Source: Neoechinorhynchus agilis (Eukaryota; Animalia; Acanthocephala). Taken from it: 64,000 bases of DNA. Location: contig CM121341.1 of assembly GCA_051530055.1 (NCBI GenBank), forward strand, positions 5,930,784-5,994,783. Direction: 5' to 3'. The notes below the pieces were generated by a model, which saw only the letters and a program-made list of their open reading frames with translations, was not told the DNA's origin and made no database searches. Made by a program: the position numbers and the translations under genes. Below are positions 39,388 through 51,033 of this stretch, in pieces (the first letter of the stretch is position 1; each line of letters opens with the position of its first letter).

Positions 39388-40824
39388 TCACGGAATTTCA
39401 CACTTTGGTTTTTTACCTTGGACCATGTTCAAAAGATTATCGACAGTTAAATTAGCCATGGCCATTCTCGTTGTCGTGTCAGCACTTCCAATGTGTGGAA
39501 GGACAATGCAATTGTCGAGTGAAAGAAGCTCGTGGTCGGTTGGGAGAGGTTCGGGCACCGTTACGTCCAGTCCTGCAGAAAGCAGGGATATTGACCTCTA
39601 AATTTGTAACCAACCTGCGGCCGCGATCGTTTTCGTCTTCAGTGCATTGTAAAGATCCTTCATATTGATTATTGGTCCCCTCGATGTGTTCACGAGCACT
39701 GCATTTCTTTTCATTTTCTTAAATGTTTCCGCGTTAAACATATTGGTCGTCTCAGGAGTCAGGTCGCATGTGATGGTCACAAAATCAGCGTCCTTTATTG
39801 CTTCGTCGAATGATCCGATTGTCGCCCATTCAGGTGCTGGATCGGTGCAAGGACCAACCACATAAGTGATCTTCTTCGGTGCAAATGGGCGCAGACGTTG
39901 TCCGATAGCCAAACCTAAAGGATTAGGAGTTTCGAAGCGATTCAACTTACACAATGAGGATGGGTTTAAAAGCCAAGAATTGCAATTTTAAAGATAATTG
40001 GATACGCCTTTTTGAGGGTAAGAACCTTTTTTTTCGATATAAATTGACAACACTGCCTCTTTCTTACCAAAGTGATCAATCGATCCGATCACCTCAGTTG
40101 TGTAAAGTGATTGCAGATTCTGGAAATGTGGTTTACATTACCTATTCTGCCCATTCCTATGACAGCGACATTGTGGCCACGAATTCCCTGCCCGCACATC
40201 CAGAACGGCTTCCACGTTCCCCAACTTCCATCTCTAACGGCTCTTGTAGCTTCCACCATCCGGCGAGTTGATGCCAGAATCAGCATGAGATTCGTATCGG
40301 CAGTTGCATCTAAATCGATCAATCATTACGTCTATTTAGAAAAAACCTCTCCTTTTGAACCTGTCAAGACACCCGGTGTATATCCCAGTTGTATTCCCCT
40401 TTTCCTGCAGGCCTTAACGTCGATGTGATCGAAACCAACAGACATCGTTGCTACCATCTATTTTATAGAATCACGCTATTGACACAAAGATTTATGATTA
40501 AATCACCTTAAGAGACGGACCAGCCTTGTCCAATAAGCTCTCATCGATCTTTGTGTTCAACAAAGTATAAATAGCCGTTGCACCTTTTCTCTCTCTCGCT
40601 CAATATCGATATTTTTAGATAAGAATATTAATACCTTGCGCTTCACGATGAAGAACATCCGTGGGAATCGGGAGTTCGTTGTTATGATGGTAGACGGTGA
40701 AATGCTTCTCCAATCTAGACACGATTTCCTTGGGCATTTGTTGGGTAATGACCAATTTAGGCTTCACTGTCGAAATTGAACGAGCCACATTCAAAAAGGT
40801 TTTTGAATATCGACCAAGAAGCAT
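39388..40824 (-). CDS. GRHPR: Glyoxylate/hydroxypyruvate reductase (D-2-hydroxyacid dehydrogenase), multi-exon
   Basis: SVGFDHID, VAVIGMGRIG, DFVTITCDL, LVNTSRGPII and last exon GLDVTVPEPLP...LPHIGSA. N-terminus MLLGRYSKTFLNVARS resembles a mitochondrial presequence. Confidence 0.9.
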
Positions 40825-40899
40825 TTCGTCTAAGAGCAAGTCGAGTTAGTTGCTTACTACTTATACACTCGTTTTAGATGAGCCATACGAGTTGTCATA

Positions 40900-42225
40900 A
40901 AAAGACTCAACATTCTTTTCTAGGTTCTTACCTTTATGTTTCATACAGTTGAACAGGGAATAATCCCTTAGCGCTGGAAAAAGAGAATCTCGCGTTTTAC
41001 AACGTATAGTCAAAGATGAGTTGCCCTAAAAGGAATGTCATTTCAAATACTCACTGGTTCCTGTTCTACATATCAATGAACAAAAACTCGTACTTTCGTC
41101 GATGCGAGCACTTTTCAGAACCAAAACTATTTGGGACCGCTGTAAAGAAGTTTAGAAAAAAAATACGGACTGAAAAGCCCGACGAAACAGTCCAAATATT
41201 GTGTGAAAAACGCGGAAATGATTAAGCAGCATCTCGACCACTTTCGCGATCGCTTGTTTAATCAATAAGATGTTCAAGTTTGTAGATGTTTTCGATAAAA
41301 CAATTCTGGAACTGAACGCCAATGGGCAATGCTTTTCAAGTAAAAGACTCAACATTCTTTTCTAGGTTCTTACCTTTATGTTTCATACAGTTGAACAGGG
41401 AATAATCCCTTAGCGCTGGAAAAAGAGAATCTCGCGTTTTACAACGTATAGTCAAAGATGAGTTGCCCTAAAAGGAATGTCATTTCAAATACTCACTGGT
41501 TCCTGTTCTACATATCAATGAACAAAAACTCGTACTTTCGTCGATGCGAGCACTTTTCAGAACCAAAACTATTTGGGACCGCTGTAAAGAAGTTTAGAAA
41601 AAAAATACGGACTGAAAAGCCCGACGAAACAGTCCAAATATTGTGTGAAAAACGCGGAAATGATTAAGCAGCATCTCGACCACTTTCGCGATCGCTTGTT
41701 TAATCAATAAGATGTTCAAGTTTGTAGATGTTTTCGATAAAACAATTCTGGAACTGAACGCCAATGGGCAATGCTTTTCAAGTAAAAGACTCAACATTCT
41801 TTTCTAGGTTCTTACCTTTATGTTTCATACAGTTGAACAGGGAATAATCCCTTAGCGCTGGAAAAAGAGAATCTCGCGTTTTACAACGTATAGTCAAAGA
41901 TGAGTTGCCCTAAAAGGAATGTCATTTCAAATACTCACTGGTTCCTGTTCTACATATCAATGAACAAAAACTCGTACTTTCGTCGATGCGAGCACTTTTC
42001 AGAACCAAAACTATTTGGGACCGCTGTAAAGAAGTTTAGAAAAAAAATACGGACTGAAAAGCCCGACGAAACAGTCCAAATATTGTGTGAAAAACGCGGA
42101 AATGATTAAGCAGCATCTCGACCACTTTCGCGATCGCTTGTTTAATCAATAAGATGTTCAAGTTTGTAGATGTTTTCGATAAAACAATTCTAGAACTGAA
42201 CGCCAATGGGCAATGCTTTTCAAGT
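40900..42225. repeat. 442-bp tandem repeat, exactly 3 near-identical copies, upstream of GRHPR
   Basis: AAAAGACTCAACATTC starts at 40900, 41342 and 41784. The third copy ends at 42225. Confidence 0.97.
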
Positions 42226-42323
42226 CCAATATTTGATTTGAGACCTATTTGGAACAAACAATTTTTCTTCTTCTAAGGTTAAGTAAACATCATTACAGGG
42301 CCGAAAATTCCTAAAAGCGAATA

Positions 42324-43500
42324 TTATTTATTACTCGCACTTTTGTATGCAGATGATCCGTGCAAAGAAAGCAAATAAGGCTTAGCTTTTCTATCAAATT
42401 TTGTAGCCGCAACATTGATTTTCTGAAGATTACTTTTCCGTTTTCGAAATCGCAAACAACACCAAGTGAAGTTGCAGTTCGCATAGCGCCGTCTAATCGC
42501 AAGAGAGACGAGTTGACGCTTTTTGTGGGTCTCTAATTCCTCAAGCTCAATATTTAACTCACTGTTTTGACCATAAACCAACTGTTGATCTCTTGTATTA
42601 AGTATTCCTCCCCGAACTATCAGATCGTACATTTGAATGACTTCTTCAATAGAAACCAGTTGAACGGTGGGTCGAATATATCGAGGGGATGACATTAGGT
42701 CTCCTATTTCGGCAAGAACCTTTTTATATCCATGATCATCCCGGTTAATAATGACCAGCTCCCGATGAAGGCGCCTTATAACGAGCGGATCTACAACGTT
42801 CAACTCATAAAGAATGGATTCCACGTCGCCTTGATGCTTGGCGAACATATAACGAAGACAAGGTAAGACTATGAGTCTTTCCTCGGAGAATTCAATGCAA
42901 GGAAGGCAACAACAAAAGGAAGGAATCCATGGATCCTCCAGACCGTTAACTCATCGACGCTGTTTCCATGAAGTCAAGATCGAGAGGAATCATCGCCGAT
43001 TTACAAATCTTAGAGAACTCGTCTTGCTCGGTCCAATGCATGCTAATACGAACCAAAAACGCTCGACAAAATCTAAGGGAGTCTCGGTACTGACCGCCGA
43101 ATCCTTCCTGGATCGTTTTAGCGATTTTGCATATATCTTCAAACGGCAAATCAGTTTTTCCGATATAGTGGCGTTTCCTTAGACTTAAGAAGCCATCAAA
43201 TCGATTTTGCCTTGCTTCGCACATGTAAGCCCCGGTCAGACCGAACGGATGAAAGAAGACTCCGAATTCGTGATTGTAGATACAGACGCAATAATGCGGT
43301 TTGTTCAATTTGAATACAGCGAGGATACTCTCAGCGAGCGTTCCATGGTCATATTCGTGGATGTAGATCTCAGCTTTAGCGAGTATCGCTCCTTCCCTTG
43401 ATTCTAGTTGTTTTTGAGAGCTACCCGGAGAGGACAGCCACTCGAATGGTATTCGGTGGATTTCGTCTGTCTCGGGTTCACCGGACGTATCCAACTGCAT
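42324..43500 (-). CDS. Divergent PPPDE/DeSI-family peptidase, paralog A (2 exons, 82-nt intron 42950-42869)
   Basis: PHYCVCIYNHEFG...HPFGLTG, IGKTDLPFEDICKI and RFCRAF align with DeSI2 FHSGIEVYGREFA...HPYPFSG, LGSTDFLEDDIEKI and KNCNHF. The MFAKHQG ORF reads on the minus strand here and joins via a GT-AG intron. Confidence 0.65.
42760..43373. repeat. 614-bp inverted duplication, arm A (partner 61505-62118)
   Basis: Reverse complement matches 61505-62118. Embedded ORF translations identical. Confidence 0.95.
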
Positions 43501-44104
43501 AATGGACCGGAAACATTGCAATCAGGATAACATTATCCCGTAACCATGACTACTCTAAAGAAGATGTGTAGATGATTCCGAAACTTGTGATATGAGGACC
43601 GAAAAAGTGGGCTAAGTGAAAATGTTGGGTTCAAGTGAGAACAAAAATGGTCCTTCTAAAAACCCTCGTGTATCTTTTAATTGAAATTTTGGAAGAAGTG
43701 TATCCCGAAATCGATGTTCAGAACTATGAATTTTGAGACTAGAAAAAAGAAAGTTCGTTGCGGTTTTAACAACAAACTTCCCAGTGCTTGCGATTCTCTT
43801 CTTTTCCCAAAGTAAACATACGCTCGCCCGAATACTCCGCGCCCTCACCCACCGTTCTCCATTCCCCAAAGCCACTACCATTATTCAGCATCTACAATGA
43901 ACAACCCTTTTAGCCAAATAAGAACCGCCTCATCGATTGTTGACTGCGCCTATTTCTCAACCTTCTACCACCATAAATACACATTTCATAGACTTAGTTT
44001 ATTATAAATTCCTTCACGAGAAAGCACAGTCCAACGCGATATTTAATACTATTTTGTGTTTCCATTAGTCGCCGCCTCATCGCTCCCTTCGTTTCCTTGC
44101 AGCG

Positions 44105-44773
44105 ATGCCTTCAAATCGACATCTTCTTTTCCTAACGATTATTGCCAATATTCTTCACTTGACTGGAAATGTCGTGATATGGTATGAAATGGCACGAGGA
44201 ACTCTACTCGTCCACAAATACAAAGTCTTCAAAGGTATCGATCAGGAGATTCGGTACGGCCCGCTTCTTTACTGTATTGACTACTTCTACAAATCATCGT
44301 GGTTCAAAACCAAGTGCCATTCGTATAGCCGCATTATTGACGATCGAGTCATTAGCCTCAACACTGAATCAATCAGGATTGTATATCTCGCATGGAACGT
44401 ATTTAATGGTCTTTGCTGGCTCTGCGTTCTCGTCAGTTTCTGCACTCAGCTAATGAGGAAAAATAGGTTTCTCGGCAACAATATAAATCAAGTTCCTCTC
44501 AGGATGCTTGTCAGAATCCTCGTCTATCTCAGTGTCTTATTCGCCACAGCCACCTCCTTTTCTCTACTCGATATAATAACCTCCAATGTCCTGGTAAAGG
44601 TTCCACACGCCCGAATGTCTCTAATGATCTTTAGATTCGTGCCAGCACACGCGTTCACCTATACGTCTTATGTGATCCTCCTTTGGTCAGTACAAGGCTT
44701 TCTCAGGAATTCACAATCAAAAGAAAACCGATCACCAACCGGGCCACTCGGCCTAGAACTACAATCACTGTAA
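44105..44773 (+). CDS. Four-TM claudin/PMP22-like membrane protein
   Basis: Single ORF with four hydrophobic segments. First loop has W...YGPLLYC...C, similar to the claudin W-GLW-C-C signature. Confidence 0.55.
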   Translation: MPSNRHLLFLTIIANILHLTGNVVIWYEMARGTLLVHKYKVFKGIDQEIRYGPLLYCIDYFYKSSWFKTKCHSYSRIIDDRVISLNTESIRIVYLAWNVFNGLCWLCVLVSFCTQLMRKNRFLGNNINQVPLRMLVRILVYLSVLFATATSFSLLDIITSNVLVKVPHARMSLMIFRFVPAHAFTYTSYVILLWSVQGFLRNSQSKENRSPTGPLGLELQSL

Positions 44774-45292
44774 TCATATCGAAGTTTGTTGTTGTTGTTG
44801 TTGTCAAAATGCCGAACCTTTTTTGTAAGCCGGTGATCGATCGAGTTTGTAGATTAAAATAAATGGGAGTGTCACGAGAGTCCCAGTAGGAATTTCTTCA
44901 TAATGACGCTTTCATTAAAAACCTTTTTTTTAAACAAACTAGATCACAACCTTTAGAAAAGTTTAAAATTTTTACCATTCATATCGTCGTTTTCCTGCTT
45001 GACATTCAAAATGTTTCACTAAACTTTCTGAAAAGATATAAACAATTCGTGGTGTATAAACAAAGAACATTCAAATGCTTTGTTGACAAATCCTGTTTGG
45101 GCAAAACTTTGTTGCGTGTTTACCAACATTGAGTCTATAAAAGCCTCGGATTTGATGAGAGCTCATTGAAAATCAAGCGATGAGGACCGTCTTTTTTGAA
45201 CTTCTATTCTTGTTTGAGCTTTCACGAGGTCGGTTTATTTACAAACCCTTCAGTTTGTCACCTATTTTTCAGCATTTGTCGCTGGTCCTGTA

Positions 45293-45774
45293 ATGCTCAC
45301 CATTCCTGCGACGACCCATTTCAAACTTCCGGCTAATCAATTTTCACAATTGGCTTGGCCTGTTGTATACCAATTGCCACATAATGTGATCATTCCAGTT
45401 GTGGAAACTCAAAACGTCCCATCTTTGATTTCAAGTTTCCATCAGGGAAGACCGGAAGATGAAATCCAAAGTCATGTTTTGGTCAATGATGTCTTTAATG
45501 AGGTGAGTTTGGGTGAAAAGTGGTATCTCATTTCTTGTTAGTACTCCGAGGAAGAGGATCTGAATGAAGATATTGAAACACAAAGCACAAACTCGTATCA
45601 AGCTACACAACAACTCTTTCAAGATGAGGATAAAGAACCAAAGGTGAATATTGACCGAAAAAAGGCTATTACTTCATGAGTCTACATTATCTACAGCTAC
45701 AACTATCGCTGAATATTGATGATATTCCTAACATGATCGATAGTCAACACGAGGATGAGGGAGTGTCGCATTGA
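45293..45774 (+). CDS. Hypothetical acidic protein (3 predicted exons)
   Basis: GAG|gtgagt...ttag|TAC and AAG|gtgaat...acag|CTA joins keep an open, D/E-rich frame to TGA at 45772-45774. Confidence 0.4.
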
Positions 45775-46918
45775 GTACTTAAATGCGACTTTAGTTCTTA
45801 GATCTCTCAGGAAATCGCATGCTTTTTAGTAAAAGCTTAGCTTTTCTCAGAGTGATCGTTCTATTTTAACCTTTAGCTGTTCAGTGGTTGCCTTTTGATC
45901 ATAAACAAACTTCCCAAGGTTCAACCATCAATTCGTTTTTTTTCAAACCGAATTTGCATCTACTGACTTTTAGTTTTCTTAGTATTTTGTCAAAATCCAT
46001 TAAAAAATACAATTTCAGGCACAAAACGTCTAAAAAAACGGGCAGAAGGGTCTTTTCAAATCGAGAAAATAAAATGTCCCCGTCTCACATGAGAACAACA
46101 CTCGTAATCCCAATTCGGTTCACCCTCTCTTCTACTTTTGTTCCACGCTGGCCAATCTTTTCTCGGATATAGAGACTTGAAATGAGCCTGAAGAGAGGCC
46201 GAACCTCACAAACTCTCCTACTAACAATGACCACTAACTTTCCCAACCCGAATAGACTTCCATCCTGACCAAACTCGTGATCCACTCCAAAATCAATAGC
46301 CGCATTCATTTATCCGATCAGAACTCGAGTGTTTTTGCGAGGACCCAGAGGTCTTAAACTTTGTTTAAACATTCGCGATTCGAAGCCATACGAGTGAGAA
46401 CTTGTCATTTAGGGCAATGAAGGAAAACTTCAAATATTGGTTATAAAACCCAAAATGCGTAGTCTGTATGATTAATCACCACAAAAATCTTTGAGCTTTC
46501 TCTTCATTCTAATGTTTCAAGAGAAAAAGAATACTATATGCTAGCTAATTTCACACAAAAATCCCCTTAAGTCGTGGCGTCACTCGCTAAAACGAGTTTC
46601 TTTTGTTATTGATACTTCCAACCATGATCCAGATTTATTGTTTAACTTTCTATACGTTACCAAAATTAGGCTTTTCTTAAATACTTTTCGTGAAAGTACT
46701 CTTTAGACCTAAAGATTTACGAATAAGGCGTTTGTCGGTTTTCGGAAATCCTACGTTGCTCAATTTTATAAGTTTAAAAATGGATCTTACACGGCCGATA
46801 GACCGCTTGAGATTTTTTTGTTCAAATAGACACGAATGCGATCGCAAATTTCATATTTTCAGCAACTAACCTGGTTGACGTTTTTAACTTAAACATTTCG
46901 AAAACATAAACGAAAAGT

Positions 46919-48518
46919 TCAAAGTGAAGCCAACAGCGCATCAAGTCTCCTTTTCATTTCTTCTAATTTCTCTTTCAATTTCTTCAGATTGTTTTCACGT
47001 TCTAACTTTTGTCGCTTCATATCTTCGATTTTCATTTTGTAGAGGTTTTTGATCTCCAACTGTTGTTTCACTTCTTCTATTTTGTCTTTTTTAGTAATTT
47101 CAAGTTGTTCTAGTACCGTTTTTCCTGCGTTCACCATTCTTTTTAATTTATGAATATTTTTCGCTAACTCCTTTTCCCGTTTGTCAGCAAGTTCCACTTC
47201 CATTGTAACCTGCACTTCGGCTTCTGACAATAGTTTTTCGTACTTTTGACCATTGTTTTCTAGAATTGCTGTGAGAACTTTATTTGCTGTATCCATAGGT
47301 CTCTTGTAGAATTCGGCATCGTACTCTTCTACTGCATCGAATTTAGTCTTTAAGGAGATAAAAATCTACGGGCTCGAGGAACTAGTTTCCCTAAGAGTGA
47401 TAATTGCAATTACGAAGCGACTGAACAACTATTTGGGTTTTTTGTGAAAACCTTCAACTAAACTCAACGTTCCTTACTGCATTAACCATAGCATCAAAAT
47501 TATAGTCCCAGATATAGCGATTAGAGGTTGTTTCGGCGCACATGGAATGTCCCGATTCCGAATAGTGTTTTAAGGCATGCGATGAATTATATCGTCCACA
47601 TCCAACATGACCACAAATCAAACAGACCCAGAGGTCAACATCGGCGGCACTATTGACCATTATACCATCCGCTATACATTCAGAACAATCCATTTTTCGT
47701 TTGCTAAGTGAACTTTGGATGAAACAATTGTGTTTCTCGCGGTTCAACTTTACATAGTTCTTTAAAGATGTGAATAGACGACACCGAACGATTTGAGTAT
47801 CTAATCGAAGAAGACACCGGACACAATGGGGTATTAAGAACCCATTATGCCTTTCGAAGATATCATCTTTTTTGAGAAGGACGCTGTTGAGGGGGAAAGC
47901 GAGTGCACCTTCAAAAATATCGCCCGGATTCGCGTTACTCAATATCGAACTCAATATATCCGCAGAAAAAGAGAGATGCTCAGACGGTTCACTAGTTTGA
48001 AGTGTGACATAAATTTGGGATTCACCATCTTCGCAGTCGTAGAAGAAATAAACATGGACACATAATTGAGTACAGGTCTGCTTAAATAACGGTTCGACCA
48101 AAATGTCAAGAATTTCGCGTTCCAAGCTTTGTTCCGATCGTTCAATCAAACCAAGAGGAAATTCGTCAAATAAGAGAAGAACTCCCTTGTGTGGTTCATC
48201 GGATGTGTGCCGAATGAGTCTTAGAGAAACGTCGGGTAGATCGGTGATATCGAAAGACGATCGATTGCATCCATTACGTAACCCGCTTTGATACTTTGCC
48301 TCAACGCCTCCCATGCTCGTCTTTACGATATATCGTCGATACCGAATCCGCATCTGATCATTAATCCTAGGAACGACCTTCGATTCTCCCAAGGAACTCG
48401 TTGAATCCTGAATTATGCTTAACAAAGGAAGTCGACTATTCCACGCCGTTTGATCTATTTCACTCGGGCATTTTAACAAAAAACTCACTGTGCTTTCCAA
48501 TGATTCATCGTCCGGCAT
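46919..48518 (-). CDS. BRAP: BRCA1-associated protein (BRAP/IMP): BRAP2 region, zf-UBP, coiled coil
   Basis: CVRCLLRLD, DLWVCLICGHVGCGRYNSSHALKHYSESGH...IWDY and a downstream coiled-coil exon (46919-47296). Confidence 0.8.
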
Positions 48519-49194
48519 CTCAAGAAACGATCTAAGAACTGTGTGCGTGTGGATATATAAAAAAACGATTTTTAAACTCACACAAACACCTAAAATATTT
48601 TAGTCGCTTGAGGATGTGCACAAAAATCCCTTTCGCCAATGTTGTTTATGAGTTCTTGTGGTGGAAGCATTTTAATAATCTTATACACAAAAATGCTAAT
48701 CTCCTACACATATTTTCCCACACTATTAATAAAAAACAATCTCCAAGATTCCCAACAGCAAAAACAAATGGAAGCGAATCTAAACATTTATCCTGTTCTA
48801 TCTCCGGATCGCTAATGTGTACAATAACTTTTTCCGATTCGTTTTGATTGATCGTTTTTTATTATGGACTTCCCGGACGATCCGTCAATGGAGCATAAAT
48901 ATGTCTCGACGTTTCCATCACAAAAGTGAGCGTTCGAAATTGTAACTTTTTTAAAAAGAATTTGAAAAAGTTATTAAACAATTCCAGAGCTCAATTTTTT
49001 ATTCCATTCGCTTAGTGTGACTCACAAGGCTGAGGATTGCATTCGGATGTGGTTAGATACGTTATTGTTTAGGTCGGACGCATTAAAGAGACCAATGAAT
49101 ATATTTCGACCGATTGAATCATAGTCATTTGATCGACTCAATTGTTAAAGTAATGAGAAATAAAGTTATGCAGCTTTTTTTTCGTAATGAAAGT

Positions 49195-49545
49195 ATTTTG
49201 AGTAGAGCCCTAGATTCCGTTCACGTGCCCAATATTCTAGAGCCGAGTAATTTATGCCGCCTAGACAGCAAGCGACCTGACAGTGTCACGATTTTTCCAT
49301 GGCGGGAGGGAAAACCGCTTTTATGGGATGCGACTTGTGTGGATACGCTTGCCCCCAGTAATTTTCCCTTTTCAAAAAAGAGCCCTGGAGGTTCGGCGGT
49401 CGTAGCTGAGGAACGAAAGCCTTCAAAATATAGACCGTGGAAACGTAAGGAGCCTTGAGACCATCAGCGCTCACTCTCCTCGACAATTTGGGACGAAGAG
49501 GATGACGGGGAAACCGCGCTCGAGAAATTTCCTCGCTCAACGAAT
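49195..49545 (+). mobile_element. CRE-like restriction-like endonuclease fragment
   Basis: ILSRALDSVHVPNILEPSNLCRLDSKRPDSVTIFPWREGKPLLWDATCVDTLAPS, homologous to the 6.3-6.5 kb remnant. Confidence 0.8.
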
Positions 49546-49622
49546 CGCACGTCATAATTAAATTTGTAGTTCTTTTTTAATATATTAAATTTTTACTTTC
49601 GAAAAAAGTTAGCAAAAACAAA

Positions 49623-49676
49623 CCGAACCCCGCCATAGCGGAAACCTGATGCCGGTCCCAAGCCCGGATAAATGGG
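49623..49676 (+). ncRNA. Twister ribozyme core, 3'-truncated
   Basis: AACCCCGCC...ATGCCGGTCCCAAGCCCGGATAAA; the last 24 nt match the core of the published Oryza sativa twister as I recall it. The GAGGG and 3' P1 strand are missing. Confidence 0.72.
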
Positions 49677-49715
49677 CATCCGGCTGTAAAACGTTTTGCT
49701 CCAATAAAACCGGAA

Positions 49716-50042
49716 ATGAACAATCAAACGAATACAAGACCTCGGACTAGGGCGTCCCAAGTAGGCGACGCGCGGAGAATACGCTTGGGCTCTGCTTATA
49801 AGTTAACGAGCGAGCAAAAATGTACGAAGCAGCGAAATATAAGAGTCGGAGGAACCTTCAACGTGGGTACGATGACGGGGAAATCAATGGAGGTTGTAGA
49901 TATGATGAAGCGAAGAAAGATTGGCATTCTATGTGTCCAGGAACTGAGGTGGACGGGGGATCAAAAGCAAGGGCGGACGAAATGGGGTCGCAGTAATTTT
50001 GAGCACCGAGAAAGCGATAGAATGATGAGGATAGATCTTTGA
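49716..50042 (+). mobile_element. RTE-like retrotransposon 5' fragment (AP-endonuclease N-terminus)
   Basis: NIRVGGTFNVGTMTGKSMEVVDMMKRRKIGILCVQELRWTG is an APE motif I/II (TxNV...CVQE.RW) typical of RTE ORFs. Truncated. Confidence 0.75.
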
Positions 50043-50739
50043 GGTCAATGTATGGTAATCGATTCAATCGGTCGAAATACATTCGTCTTTAACGCGATCT
50101 TTGTTGTTTGTCCACAAACGACCTAAACAATAACGTTTGTGTTGTACGAATCAAGGGCGCAAAAATGCGATCACGAACCAAACGATTTTTAATTGAGAAT
50201 GCTGGATTTGCCCAGCTAAATATCGCAATAAATCAATATCTTTATTTTCCGGAGAGTAGGAATCACCTCAGCACCACTAAACAATAACGTTACTGACAAG
50301 CTTGAAGCTGCATCGGCCACAGATTTTGTTTTAAAATGAACAAAAATTGGGAATCTTTATTTCTGCGCTTCTCAGTAAACCTTCTACATGGACCAGTTCA
50401 GATATTATCCTCGTTCAAATTCTCTCTAGAAACACTATAAAAGGTCCCAGTCAAGTATTTTATGACTTTTCTTTAATCGTTCGGCAGTCACAGAACGCAT
50501 TAAAATCAACCAAGACTTCAAATATAAAACAGTGCGTTGCCATGGTAACGCAAGTGGAATGTTTTTTAAAACTAAATCACATTGTTAATTTTAGTGAGTG
50601 ATTTAAAAGTATACGACGATTTTGAATAAAAAATAAGTCATTGAGAAAAGGAGATTTTTTGGAGACATGGTATTTTCAAGGCGAAATAAAGAAAATAATT
50701 CGATTTTATCGACAAACTCGTTCGAGTTAATCAAAGTTT

Positions 50740-50840
50740 ATGAAGTCATAATCTATTTTTTGTTGAGACATTTCAGTCATATGTCGAGGCAATCTCCCTC
50801 GAAATATCCCAAATAAACTAAAAATAGATTATGACTTCAT
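50740..50840. repeat. 101-bp hairpin with a perfect 20-bp inverted repeat
   Basis: ATGAAGTCATAATCTATTTT ... AAAATAGATTATGACTTCAT. Confidence 0.7.
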
Positions 50841-51033
50841 CAACAATTCAATAGTTCACAATTGTTGGGTTCATTTTCGTCAACACACGGCAGAATCCTA
50901 ATCAAGGATAAAAATATTTGAGATGGTAGTTGTATTTTGAACTTGCGATTGTGCTAGTCGAGATTTTTTGAGTAAATTCGATTGTCGTTCATCTGATTGT
51001 TGTTTTCCCATGATTTCTCTTTCGATTATTTAG

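Larger units (their letters stand above)
49059..50136. mobile_element. About 1.08-kb element bounded by inverted termini, carrying retrotransposon fragments
   Basis: ACGTTATTGTTTAGGTCG...TTTCGACCGATTGAATC on the left mirrors GATTCAATCGGTCGAAA...CGACCTAAACAATAACGT on the right. Same family as 36467-36605. Confidence 0.7.

Noticed and set aside
39314-39668. Secreted or Cys-rich small peptides on the plus strand
   Set aside because: Antisense shadow of the GRHPR last exon (GLDVTVPEP...LPHIGSA).
49055-50140. ACGT as a 4-bp target-site duplication of the composite element
   Set aside because: ACGTT also ends the extra terminal fragment near 50277-50291, so it is more likely part of the terminus.
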